Source of the DNA: Candidatus Enterousia sp.
Lineage (GTDB): Bacteria > Pseudomonadota > Alphaproteobacteria > Rs-D84
DNA length: 64,000 nt
Direction: 5' to 3'
Assembly: GCA_045645645.1 (NCBI GenBank)
Contig: JAZRJE010000007.1
Coordinates: 34,735-98,734, forward strand
The notes under the pieces are model-generated. The model worked only from the letters and a program-made list of their open reading frames with translations. It was not told where the DNA came from and searched no databases. A program made the translations under genes and the position numbers. Below, piece by piece: positions 48,298 to 58,242 of the stretch. The first letter of the stretch is position 1, and the number at the start of each line of letters is the position of its first letter.

Positions 48298-49836
48298 ATG
48301 TCTTTTGTTTCTATGCCACGCCAGGATTTGTTGCTAGCTATTGATTCTCTGGCCCAGGAAAAGATGATTGAACGTGAAATTGTTATAGAATCATTAGAAG
48401 CTGCAATCGCAAAAATTGCAAAGCATAAATATGGTGAAGAATTTAATATTGTTGCGAATATTGATCGAAAAAATGGCGCGATTTATGTTAAGCGCTTGTT
48501 TACGGTTATTGATACGCCAGAAGTTGTTGGCGAAGAATATGATCCAAACACAATGTTAACGGTGGCACAGGCAAAAAAATATTCAAAAAATCCAGTTGTT
48601 GGTGATGTTGTGGAAGATTCCTTGCCAGAACCAGAATTTGGTCGTATGGCATTTCAGACAGCGAAACAAATTATGACAACACGTGTCCGTGATGCAGAAA
48701 AAGGTCGTCAGTTCGAAGAATTCAAAGATAATATTGGAGATATTGTTAATGGCGTCGTAAAACGTATTGAGTTTGGAAATATATTTGTTGATATCAACGG
48801 CAAAGCAGAAGGTTATATTAAAAGCACAGAGTTAATTCCAGGTGAACGTCTGACGGTTGGTGATCGTGTTCGTGCGTTAATTATGGACGTTGCACGTTCT
48901 AATTCTGGTCCACAGATTTTCTTGACACGTACACATCCGATGTTTATGGAAAAATTGTTTGTCCAAGAAGTTCCAGAAATTTACGAAGGTATTATTAAAA
49001 TTAAATCTGTTGCACGTGCACCTGGTTCACACGCAAAGATTGCGGTTGAAACAGCAGATCCATCTATTGATGCGGTTGGTATGACAGTTGGTATCAAGGG
49101 GACACGTATTCAGCCTGTCATCAACGAATGTCATGGTGAAAAGATTGACGTTATCTTGTATTCCGAAGATCCAGCAGTATTTATTGTCAACGCTATGCAA
49201 CCAGCCAAGGTCGCAAAAATTATTGTTGATGAAGATACACGTACTGCAGCAGTTGTTGTTAATGAAGATCAACAGTCTTTAGCGATTGGTCGTCGTGGTC
49301 AAAATGTACGTCTGGCATCGCAATTGACGGGTTGGAATATTGATGTTATGAACGAAACCGAAGAACAAGAACGTCGTGCAAAAGAATTCAAAGAAAAGAC
49401 AGAATTGTTTATCAACGGATTGGATGTTGATGAAATGATTGCTCATTTATTGATTACAGAAGGGTTCCGTACAATAGAAGAAATTGCGTTTGTTGATGCA
49501 AGCGAATTAGAGTCAATCGAAGGATTTAACGCTGAACTGGCATCGGAATTGCAGAAACGTGCCAAAGATTATTTGGACAAAGTCGAACACGATTATCTGG
49601 ATGCGGGTCATAAATTAGGTATGACAGATGATTTGTTGACCTTCTCGTTCATTAAGCGTCCAACAATCATGAAACTTGGCGAAGCAGGCATTAAATCACT
49701 GGAAGATTTAGCAGATTTATCATCTGATGAACTAGTTGAAATCTTAGGTGAAGATAATATGTCAAATCGCTTGGCGGGTCGAATAATTATGAAAGCTCGT
49801 GAAGTGGCATATAACATTAAACAGGACGAAGAATAA
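48298..49836 (+). CDS. nusA: Transcription termination/antitermination factor NusA
   Basis: FGRMAFQTAKQ, S1 and KH domains (ARAPGSHAK, AIGRRGQNVRLASQLTGW), C-terminal acidic repeats. Confidence 0.97.
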   Translation: MSFVSMPRQDLLLAIDSLAQEKMIEREIVIESLEAAIAKIAKHKYGEEFNIVANIDRKNGAIYVKRLFTVIDTPEVVGEEYDPNTMLTVAQAKKYSKNPVVGDVVEDSLPEPEFGRMAFQTAKQIMTTRVRDAEKGRQFEEFKDNIGDIVNGVVKRIEFGNIFVDINGKAEGYIKSTELIPGERLTVGDRVRALIMDVARSNSGPQIFLTRTHPMFMEKLFVQEVPEIYEGIIKIKSVARAPGSHAKIAVETADPSIDAVGMTVGIKGTRIQPVINECHGEKIDVILYSEDPAVFIVNAMQPAKVAKIIVDEDTRTAAVVVNEDQQSLAIGRRGQNVRLASQLTGWNIDVMNETEEQERRAKEFKEKTELFINGLDVDEMIAHLLITEGFRTIEEIAFVDASELESIEGFNAELASELQKRAKDYLDKVEHDYLDAGHKLGMTDDLLTFSFIKRPTIMKLGEAGIKSLEDLADLSSDELVEILGEDNMSNRLAGRIIMKAREVAYNIKQDEE

Positions 49837-49900
49837 ATAAATTAATCGTAACGAGCAATAAACATATTGCTCGTTGCTATTTGAAGTACGGAGTAATTTT

Positions 49901-52300
49901 ATGGCAACACTGACACTTGGAAAATCTGTGACAATTGATGCGGTACACAGCAAAAAAGGCGATGCGGTATTTGTTGAACGACGTCGTCGTGTTGTTGCGC
50001 CAAACAACAATGAATTGCGTGAAGAGCCCAAAACGCCATCAGCCACACCTAAAAATGCGGCTGATGAAAAGTTACGTGCAGTGTTGGCGGCCGCCAAAGC
50101 ACGTGAGGAAGAACGTAAGGCTCGTGAAGCTGCCGAAGCAGAAGCAGCGGCCAAACGTGCTGCAGAAATAGAACGCGAAGAACGTGAATATGAACATGTT
50201 CGTGAACAGTTGGCGGCACGTGAAAATAATGCGCCTGATACAGATGTTGAAGAAGACGTGAAGCCACGCAGTAAACCTGTGCAAGCACAGCAAAAAACAT
50301 TCACGAATAATGCGGTTGCTGGTACATCTCGCAAAAATCGTGGCAATGATGATGAAGATACGCGTCCAAATAAACATTCCAAGAAAGACTTTAAAAAATC
50401 TGGCAAGATTTCAATACACGATATTGTTATGGGTGGTGACGAAGACGATGATGAAATTGGGTTGCGTGGTGCAAATCGTCGTCGCTCAGAAGCATCGTTA
50501 AAACGTTTTCGTGAAAAGGCACGTGCAGTATTTTCGGCTCCACAAAAAGTGGAACGTGTTGTGTCTTTAGGTGATACAATAACTGTAAAAGATTTAGCGA
50601 ACGCAATGGCTGAAAAGGTCGGTAATGTCGTTAAAAAGTTGATGGAAATGGGTATGATGGTTTCTATGAATCAGTCTATTGATGCTGATACAGCTGAGTT
50701 GATTGCTTCAGAATTTGGTGCAACAGTGAAACGTGTCGTTGTAAAACCATATGCAGACCAATTAGAACGTGAGCCAAATCCAGAAAAAATGACATCTCGT
50801 GCACCAGTTGTAACTGTTGTTGGACACGTTGATCATGGAAAGACATCATTACTAGACGCTTTTCGTAATGCGAACGTTGTGGCTGGCGAAGCTGGTGGCA
50901 TTACACAACATATATCATCATATGAAGTTAAAACAAAGTCTGGTGAAATGATTACGTTTTTGGATACACCTGGTCACGAAACGTTCACAGCAATGCGTGC
51001 ACGTGGTGCTCAAATGGCAGATATTGTTGTTCTTGTTGTGGCGGCGAATGATTCTATTATGCCACAGACTATCGAAGCGATTAATCACATTCGTGCCGCT
51101 GGTGTTCCATTTATTGTTGCGATTAATAAAATTGACTTGCCACAGGCAAATCCTCAACGTGTAAAAATGGATTTGTTGCAACAAGAAGTCCAGGTCGAAG
51201 AAATGGGTGGTGATGTTCAATGTGTTGAAATTTCTGCTACCAAAAGAATAGGGCTTGATAAATTAGAAGAAGCAATTTTGTTACAGGCTGAGATGATGGA
51301 ATTAAAAGCCGATGCAGAAATGCCTGCTGTTTCATATGTTGTCGAAGCAAAAATGGAAAAGGGACTTGGGGCAGTTGCGACAATATTAATGCGCCAGGGA
51401 ACATTAAAAATAGGTGACGTTTTTGTTGTTGGGGAAACTTTTGGTCGTGTTCGTGGTTTGATTGGTTCTGATGGTACGCGTGTTAAATCTGTACGTCCAG
51501 GCCAGCCTGCGGTTGTTTTGGGATTAAATTCTGTGCCAGCTGCTGGTGATGAATTACGTGTAATGGAAACCGAAGCGCAAACACGTGAAGTTGCAGCGTA
51601 TCGTGCTCAACAGGCTAAGGATAAAGCAAATGCCGTAAAACGTTCATCGTTGGAAGAATTGTTTGCAAAACGTGATGAAACAAAAAAGTTAATATTACCA
51701 GTTATTTTACGTGCAGACGTTCAAGGTTCTGTTGAAGCAATTAATGACATGTTGAAAGATATTAACACAGACAAGGTTGGTGTTGATATACTGTCGTCTG
51801 GTGTTGGACAAATTACAGAAGGTGACATTCGTCTGGCCACGGCATCTGGTGCTGTGATTATTGCGTTTAATGTTCGTGCGGATTCTGCTGTGCGTGACAT
51901 GGCGCGTACAAATAATGTTGATATTCGTTATCACAGTGTTGTTTATCGTATTACAGATGAAATCAAAGAAATCTTGTCTGGTAAGTTAGCGCCAGAACGA
52001 AAAGAAAACTTTATTGGTTATGCAGACGTTATTGCCTTGTTTACTGTTGGCAAGGGAACACGTGTTGCTGGATGCCGTATGAGTGAGGGTACGATAAAAA
52101 AAGACGCATTCGTACGTTTATTACGTAACAATGTTGTTATTTATGATGGCAAGATTGGCGAATTACGTCGAGAAAAGAACGAAGTAAAAGAAGTGTCTGG
52201 TGGCGTTGAATTCGGTATGTCTTTTGATAAGTACAATGACTTAAAAGAAGGTGACCGTGTTGAATGTTATGAAGTTGAAGAAGTTCGTGCAAAAATCTAA
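49901..52300 (+). CDS. infB: Translation initiation factor IF-2
   Basis: VTVVGHVDHGKTSLLD, GEAGGITQHI, DTPGHETF, ADVQGSVEAI, EFGM. Confidence 0.97.
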   Translation: MATLTLGKSVTIDAVHSKKGDAVFVERRRRVVAPNNNELREEPKTPSATPKNAADEKLRAVLAAAKAREEERKAREAAEAEAAAKRAAEIEREEREYEHVREQLAARENNAPDTDVEEDVKPRSKPVQAQQKTFTNNAVAGTSRKNRGNDDEDTRPNKHSKKDFKKSGKISIHDIVMGGDEDDDEIGLRGANRRRSEASLKRFREKARAVFSAPQKVERVVSLGDTITVKDLANAMAEKVGNVVKKLMEMGMMVSMNQSIDADTAELIASEFGATVKRVVVKPYADQLEREPNPEKMTSRAPVVTVVGHVDHGKTSLLDAFRNANVVAGEAGGITQHISSYEVKTKSGEMITFLDTPGHETFTAMRARGAQMADIVVLVVAANDSIMPQTIEAINHIRAAGVPFIVAINKIDLPQANPQRVKMDLLQQEVQVEEMGGDVQCVEISATKRIGLDKLEEAILLQAEMMELKADAEMPAVSYVVEAKMEKGLGAVATILMRQGTLKIGDVFVVGETFGRVRGLIGSDGTRVKSVRPGQPAVVLGLNSVPAAGDELRVMETEAQTREVAAYRAQQAKDKANAVKRSSLEELFAKRDETKKLILPVILRADVQGSVEAINDMLKDINTDKVGVDILSSGVGQITEGDIRLATASGAVIIAFNVRADSAVRDMARTNNVDIRYHSVVYRITDEIKEILSGKLAPERKENFIGYADVIALFTVGKGTRVAGCRMSEGTIKKDAFVRLLRNNVVIYDGKIGELRREKNEVKEVSGGVEFGMSFDKYNDLKEGDRVECYEVEEVRAKI

Positions 52301-52303
52301 AAT

Positions 52304-52328
52304 AATCCCCCGACAGGGGGATTTTTTT
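52304..52328 (+). terminator. Terminator after infB
   Basis: AATCCCCC-gaca-GGGGGATT-T5. Confidence 0.85.
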
Positions 52329-52344
52329 AAGTGATAATCCATAC

Positions 52345-52373
52345 TTGCAAAATGGAAATGATTGTCTTAGAAT
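52345..52373 (+). promoter_or_regulatory. sigma70-type promoter for mrcA
   Basis: TTGCAA-17bp-TAGAAT, 10 nt before the ATG. Confidence 0.55.
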
Positions 52374-52383
52374 TTAATGTGTT

Positions 52384-54429
52384 ATGAAATTCAAAAAAAT
52401 TTTACGCATTTTATTTAATGTTTTCTTTTGGGGTTGTACTGCTGCGATTGCAGGATTGGCAGTCTTAGTGTTTATTCATGGTAATGACTTGCCTGATTAT
52501 AAGAATTTAGCAACTTATGCACCACCAGTAGCGACCAGATTATATGCGTCAGATGGTTCTTTGTTAATAGAATATGCAGAAGAACGTCGTGTGTTTATTG
52601 ATTATGATGATATACCGCAACAATTGATAAATGCATTTGTTGCAGCCGAAGATCAAAATTTCTGGACACATCCAGGTATTGATGTTCAGGGAATTTTACG
52701 TGCTGCTACAAACAATGTTATGCGTACAATGGGGGTTAATGCCAGTTTTTCTGGGGCGTCAACAATAACGCAACAGGTTGCAAAGAACTTCTTCTTGTCC
52801 TCAGAACGCACAATATCCAGAAAAATCAAGGAAGCTATATTAGCACTTCGTCTAGAACGAACGTTTTCAAAACAGCATATATTAACGTTGTATATGAATC
52901 AGATATTCTTAGGCGCACGTGCATACGGTGTTGGGTCTGCGTCATTAATGTATTTTAATAAGCCTGTATCGGAATTAACATTGGCTCAGTGTGCATTTTT
53001 AGCATCCTTGCCTAAGGCGCCAAATAATCGTGAACATGCGATAGAACGTCGAAATTATGTGTTGCGTCGTATGGTTGAAGAAGGGTATATATCACAGTCT
53101 GATGCAGAAATAGCTGCCGCCGAAGAATTAAATATCAACAGTGGCTTTACAGCGCAAATGGAAGAAGATTTTCAATATTTTGCAGAAGAGGTTCGTCGTC
53201 AACTTTTGAATGTCCTTGGTCGTGAAGTTTTATATAATCAAGGGCTTTATATAAAGACAACGATTAATCCAGAAATGCAACGTGCGGCTGCGGCAGCTCT
53301 GGCTAAGGAATTAGATGCCTACAATGCAAATCATCCAGATGAACCAAAATTACAGGGTGCAATAATAGCAATGAATCCGCATACAGGTCGTGTCTTGGCG
53401 ATGACGGGTGGACGTGCCTTTAGTGAAAGTTCTTTTAATCGTGCAACCCAAGCATATCGTCAAGTAGGCTCAACAATAAAACCATTTGTTTATTTAGCTG
53501 CCCTGGAACGTGGATACAGTCCACAGACGCTTTTGTTAGATGCTCCCATTGTTGGTATTCGTGAAGATTTATCAGAATGGAAACCTGAAAATTATGATAA
53601 AAAGTTTTTAGGTGATGTTCCATTGCGTTTATCGCTAGAAACCTCACGAAATGTACCAACTGTGCGTTTGGTACAAAGTGTAGGTGAACGTGAATCAATA
53701 GAAGTCGCGCAGCGTTTTGGTGTATATCCACGTAATATGAATAATATTAACTTATCAATGGCATTGGGGTCTGGGGAAACAACATTAGAGAAGTTAGTGT
53801 TGGGATATTCTGCATTAATAAATGGTGGTCGACATATTGATTCACGTTTTGTAGATTATATTGCAGATCGTTATGGTCGTGTTATGACCGAAGAAGAATC
53901 AGAATTGATAACGTGGACGCCTGATATGGAACCCCCAAAAATAGAGCATTTGTCAGAGCCTTTATCTGATCCACAAAGTTTATATCAAATGGTTTCTATT
54001 CTACAGGGGGCGGTTGAACGTGGCACTGGCAAGCAGGCGCGTGTTTCAGGACATACGATTGCTGGAAAAACAGGAACAACAAATGACGTCAAAGATGTTT
54101 GGTTTATTGGATTTACAAAAAATTTAATAGCTGGTGTATATCTGGGATATGATACCCCAAAATCATTGGGACGTGGTGCAGGTTCTCATATGGCCGCACG
54201 TGTTTTTGCAGAGTTTATGCGTTCTGCGCTGGCTGATGAAAAAAATCAACCTTTTTCTGTGCCAAATGGTTTAACTTTTGTGCGTGTAAATCGCAGAAGC
54301 GGCGTTGCAGCGTCATCAGATCCGTCTGACGTTATTATCACAGAAGCTTTTAAACCAGGGCAATCGCCAAATCCAGCACCATCGATAAAACAATCTATAT
54401 CAGATGCGGTTGTTGGCGGTGTGTTTTAA
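52384..54429 (+). CDS. mrcA: Penicillin-binding protein 1A (class A)
   Basis: AAEDQNF..H.G.D, GASTITQQVAKN, RKIKEA, RQVGSTIKPF, SRN, GKTGTTN. Confidence 0.95.
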   Translation: MKFKKILRILFNVFFWGCTAAIAGLAVLVFIHGNDLPDYKNLATYAPPVATRLYASDGSLLIEYAEERRVFIDYDDIPQQLINAFVAAEDQNFWTHPGIDVQGILRAATNNVMRTMGVNASFSGASTITQQVAKNFFLSSERTISRKIKEAILALRLERTFSKQHILTLYMNQIFLGARAYGVGSASLMYFNKPVSELTLAQCAFLASLPKAPNNREHAIERRNYVLRRMVEEGYISQSDAEIAAAEELNINSGFTAQMEEDFQYFAEEVRRQLLNVLGREVLYNQGLYIKTTINPEMQRAAAAALAKELDAYNANHPDEPKLQGAIIAMNPHTGRVLAMTGGRAFSESSFNRATQAYRQVGSTIKPFVYLAALERGYSPQTLLLDAPIVGIREDLSEWKPENYDKKFLGDVPLRLSLETSRNVPTVRLVQSVGERESIEVAQRFGVYPRNMNNINLSMALGSGETTLEKLVLGYSALINGGRHIDSRFVDYIADRYGRVMTEEESELITWTPDMEPPKIEHLSEPLSDPQSLYQMVSILQGAVERGTGKQARVSGHTIAGKTGTTNDVKDVWFIGFTKNLIAGVYLGYDTPKSLGRGAGSHMAARVFAEFMRSALADEKNQPFSVPNGLTFVRVNRRSGVAASSDPSDVIITEAFKPGQSPNPAPSIKQSISDAVVGGVF

Positions 54430-54445
54430 AAAAAAGGGGTAAAAT

Positions 54446-54757
54446 ATGAAACGTATATTTTCATTACTTGTTTTGTGTGGATTTTTGGCAGCATGTGATA
54501 ATGTTCAAGATTCAGGAAAAAATCCAACATATATATGTGGCAACTATGAAATGGAAATAACTTTTTCAGATGATGGTAATACGTTACATGCAGTAATTTC
54601 TGGTGACGCGGTTGATTTAAGTCTTTCGCAATCTGCATCTGGTGCCAGATATGCTGGTGTTTTGAATGATACGTCTGTTGTTTTATGGAACAAGGGTGAA
54701 ACGTGGACAATGTTTGTTGGTTCTGATGAAACAATGATAGAATGTTTTGCTAAATAA
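54446..54757 (+). CDS. mliC: MliC/PliC-family lysozyme inhibitor lipoprotein
   Basis: Lipobox LAAC, Y.C, SASGARY and LWNKG signatures. Confidence 0.85.
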   Translation: MKRIFSLLVLCGFLAACDNVQDSGKNPTYICGNYEMEITFSDDGNTLHAVISGDAVDLSLSQSASGARYAGVLNDTSVVLWNKGETWTMFVGSDETMIECFAK

Positions 54758-54818
54758 CGTTTATTTTCATATTTTAATATGATAGAATGGTCAGCATAAA
54801 GGGCAAGGAGTTGTTATT

Positions 54819-55910
54819 ATGCTGACCGATTATTTTTATTCTCATGGTTTTTCTTTTTTTGCAAGTGGTTGGATGCAGTTTGGTGCTGCGTTTGGAATAG
54901 CTTTTCTAATAATGCTTATGTTTGGGCGTTCGTTTGTACGTGCGATGCACGCGTGGCAAAAGCGTGGACAACCAATCAGTGAAAATGTTCCTGAATCTCA
55001 TCGTAAAAAAGCTGGAACGCCAACAATGGGTGGAATTTTGCTGATTTTTGCTATTTTAACTGGTTCTTTGTTGTTTATGCCATTACATAGTAATTTACCA
55101 GGTTGGATTGCGTTGTTGTCATTGGTGATGTTTGGAACATTGGGATTTGTAGATGATTACAAAAAAGTTTCCAGTCAATCAAAAAAGGCAGCAAATGGTT
55201 TAAGTCCATCAATGCGTCTTGTTGTTGAAGGGATTTTTGTCATAATTTTAGCATATTTAATAAATTTAACAATTCCACCATATATTCCGGAATATTCACT
55301 AGCAATTGGTTCTGGTATAATCCTGCCGCTTGGTTTGTTGTATTATGTGTTTGCGTATTTTGTTATTTGTGGTGGTGCAAACGCAACAAATATTACAGAT
55401 GGTTTAGATGGAATGCTATCAAAACTGTATATGCCAGTATTAGTTGTATTAGTTGTAGCGCTGTATGGTGCAACCCGCATTGGATTTATGGATACAGTAA
55501 TGTTCTTGCCGACTGTTAGTGGGCTGTACGCAGTATTAGGTGCAGCGTTTGGTGCAGTGCTAGGATTTTTATGGTTCAATGCGAAGCCCGCATCAATTTT
55601 TATGGGTGATGTTGGTTCATTAGCATTAGGCGGTTTTATGGGTACTGTTGCAATGCTGCTGAAATCGGAACTTATAATGGGGATTGCAGCTGGCATGATG
55701 GTGTTGATATTGTTGTCGTCATTTGTTCAAACTATGTGTTTTAAGTTGACTAGAAAAATGACGGGAACTGGCAAGCGGGTGTTTTTACGAGCGCCATTGC
55801 ATCATCATTTTGAAGAACTGGGGTGGGCAGAAACAAAAATAGTAGACAGATTTTTTATCATATCTGTGCTATTTTCTGGCTTAGCATTGGCGTTTTTGAA
55901 ATTTGCATAG
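54819..55910 (+). CDS. mraY: Phospho-MurNAc-pentapeptide transferase
   Basis: KKAGTPTMGG, GFVDDY, NATNITDGLDG, FMGDVGS, APLHHHFE. Confidence 0.97.
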   Translation: MLTDYFYSHGFSFFASGWMQFGAAFGIAFLIMLMFGRSFVRAMHAWQKRGQPISENVPESHRKKAGTPTMGGILLIFAILTGSLLFMPLHSNLPGWIALLSLVMFGTLGFVDDYKKVSSQSKKAANGLSPSMRLVVEGIFVIILAYLINLTIPPYIPEYSLAIGSGIILPLGLLYYVFAYFVICGGANATNITDGLDGMLSKLYMPVLVVLVVALYGATRIGFMDTVMFLPTVSGLYAVLGAAFGAVLGFLWFNAKPASIFMGDVGSLALGGFMGTVAMLLKSELIMGIAAGMMVLILLSSFVQTMCFKLTRKMTGTGKRVFLRAPLHHHFEELGWAETKIVDRFFIISVLFSGLALAFLKFA

Positions 55911-55918
55911 GGTAAAAT

Positions 55919-57064
55919 ATGTTTGATATTCCACGTACCGAAGAAAGTAAATTTACCAGTTGGTATTATGGCACAGATCGTAAATTGCTGGGGTGTATAT
56001 TGGTTTTGATTTTTGTTGGTATGTTATGTGTTGTGTCTGCTGGTTCTGTTCAGGCCCTGCGCAAGGGGTGGGAATGGTACTATTTTCTTAATAAAATGTT
56101 CCCTTTTTATATTGTTGGTTTGGGAACATTGATTGTTGTCAGTATGCTTAACAGACGGTGGATATTGGCGATTTCTGGTGCGAATGTTGCAGTGTGTTTT
56201 CTGTTGTTGATATGGACTGTAATTAACCCTGTTGCCAGTCATGGATCAGAGCGTTGGGCTGTAATTGGTGGTGTCCAGTTAATGCCATCAGATATTATGA
56301 AGCCTGGTCTTGTAATTATGACTGCATGGTTTTTATCTAAGATGAAGGAATTTTTTGGCAAGGATATATTTTTAAATCGTGATGCATGGCGACTTAATTG
56401 GATAAGCTGGTGGACGTATTTAGTTCCATTAGGTTTAGTGTTGCTAATATTGTTTAAACAGCCAGACGTTGGCACTACGCTTTTATATATTGCGGTAATT
56501 GGGACAATGTTCTTTATTGCGGGTCTTCCCAGAAAAATATGGTTGCCGTTAATTGGGGTGTTTGGTGGGATTGGTTTTTTAGCGTTTTTATTTCATTCGC
56601 ATGTACATCGTCGTGTTCTAGATTTCTTTAAGCCACTTGATCCGACGACGCAGGTTGGGTTGTCTGTAAATGCTGTGCGCCAAGGTGGTTTGTTTGGTAT
56701 GGGTGATGAAGCGTTTGCTAAAGAAGCTTTGCCAGACGCTCATACAGACTTTATTTTTGCGGCAATAGCGGAAGATTGGGGGGCCATATTGGCGTGTGGA
56801 TTGTTGGTTTTGTTATTAATTGTTGTTCGTCGTCTAACAGTGGCAGCAATGTCGGCACGAGACTTGTTTGTCTTTTATGCTGTTGGGGGTACGACTGCGT
56901 TGTTTGGATGTCAAATATGTATAAATTTAGCCACGACATTGGGTATGATGCCACCTAAGGGAATGACGTTGCCTTTTATTTCTTCTGGGGGCAGTTCTTT
57001 TCTGGGGTATTGTTTGTTGTTTGGAATGGTTCTTGCGATTATTCGTGAAGACAAATGGAGATAG
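55919..57064 (+). CDS. ftsW: SEDS peptidoglycan polymerase FtsW
   Basis: ERW...QLMPSDIMK, QPDVGT, HTDFIFAAIAEDWG, GMTLPFISSGGSS; located between mraY and murG. Confidence 0.9.
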   Translation: MFDIPRTEESKFTSWYYGTDRKLLGCILVLIFVGMLCVVSAGSVQALRKGWEWYYFLNKMFPFYIVGLGTLIVVSMLNRRWILAISGANVAVCFLLLIWTVINPVASHGSERWAVIGGVQLMPSDIMKPGLVIMTAWFLSKMKEFFGKDIFLNRDAWRLNWISWWTYLVPLGLVLLILFKQPDVGTTLLYIAVIGTMFFIAGLPRKIWLPLIGVFGGIGFLAFLFHSHVHRRVLDFFKPLDPTTQVGLSVNAVRQGGLFGMGDEAFAKEALPDAHTDFIFAAIAEDWGAILACGLLVLLLIVVRRLTVAAMSARDLFVFYAVGGTTALFGCQICINLATTLGMMPPKGMTLPFISSGGSSFLGYCLLFGMVLAIIREDKWR

Positions 57065-57073
57065 GATTAACAA

Positions 57074-58132
57074 ATGAAAAAGAAAATAAAAGTTTGGATT
57101 GCAACAGGTGGTACGGGAGGGCATGTTTTTCCTGCGTTGGCTGTTGCCGAAGAATTAGTTAATAGAAATGCACGTGTAATAATTTCGTGCGATAGTCGTG
57201 TTAAAAAGATGGTTAAATCAGGGCGACCAAATGGTGCAAAGGTTGTATATGTTTGGGCGTCTGGTGTTGGTGCGAAAAGCAAACTAAAACAATTAATAGC
57301 ATTATCTAAAATTGCGATAACGGCATTCTTTTTAACGCTTCGCTTTGCGGTTTCACGGCCAGACAGGGTTGTAGCGTTTGGGGGGTATGCATCGGTTGCG
57401 CCAGTTTTTGCAGCACATGTTTGGCGTATTCCGACATTTTTGCATGAACAAAATGCTGCAATTGGTCGTGCCAACAAATTTACAATGCGCTGGGTAAAAA
57501 CGCTTATGACAAGTTTTACTAGTGTAAAAGGTATGCCTTCTGATACAAATACGGATATAATTTATACGGGTTTACCTGTGCGACATGATTTTATATCTTA
57601 TGCGGGTGCTGATTTGCCAGGCGAATCAAAACTTCTAGTTACTGGTGGTTCATTGGGTGCGACGATACTGGATGAAGTTGTTCCTGTTGCAATCAGTGCA
57701 ATGAAAAATAAAAAAATATTTGTTACGCATCAAACACGTCCAGAAAATGTTGCGCGTCTGCAACAATTTTATGCAGACAATAAAATACATGCAAATGTTT
57801 TGTCTTTTATTCATGATATGGCTGGTGCGATTGCTAATTCTGATTTGGTAATTGGTCGCAGTGGTGCCAGTACAGTAATAGAATTGGAAACGATTGGACG
57901 CCCTGCAATTTTAGTACCGTTAAATATTAATCCAGATCAGGCCGCCAACGCAGATGCTTTTGCAAAATTGGGTGGTGGTTTTGCTGTAGAACAGTCAAAA
58001 TTTACACCAAAATGGTTAAGTGCAACATTGACTGAATTGTTTGCAAATCCAGCAAGGCTTGCAAAAATGGCAGTAAAGTCACGTGTTGAAAACAATGCTG
58101 TAAAATTAATCTGCGATGCAGTTTTAAAATAA
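57074..58132 (+). CDS. murG: GlcNAc transferase MurG
   Basis: TGGTGGHVFPA, FGGYAS, HEQN, TGGSLGA, RSGAST, DQAANA. Confidence 0.96.
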   Translation: MKKKIKVWIATGGTGGHVFPALAVAEELVNRNARVIISCDSRVKKMVKSGRPNGAKVVYVWASGVGAKSKLKQLIALSKIAITAFFLTLRFAVSRPDRVVAFGGYASVAPVFAAHVWRIPTFLHEQNAAIGRANKFTMRWVKTLMTSFTSVKGMPSDTNTDIIYTGLPVRHDFISYAGADLPGESKLLVTGGSLGATILDEVVPVAISAMKNKKIFVTHQTRPENVARLQQFYADNKIHANVLSFIHDMAGAIANSDLVIGRSGASTVIELETIGRPAILVPLNINPDQAANADAFAKLGGGFAVEQSKFTPKWLSATLTELFANPARLAKMAVKSRVENNAVKLICDAVLK

Positions 58133-58136
58133 AAGG

Positions 58137-58164
58137 TTCCCGTACGATGTGCGGGAATTTTTTT
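58137..58164 (+). terminator. Terminator after murG
   Basis: TTCCCGTAC-gat-GTGCGGGAA-T7. Confidence 0.75.
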
Positions 58165-58242
58165 ATTATGAATTTAGTTGTTTTTTCTGCTTGCTCTAGT
58201 TTTGTGATTTGTTCTATGATTAAAGCAGGAAGGAAAGGAATT

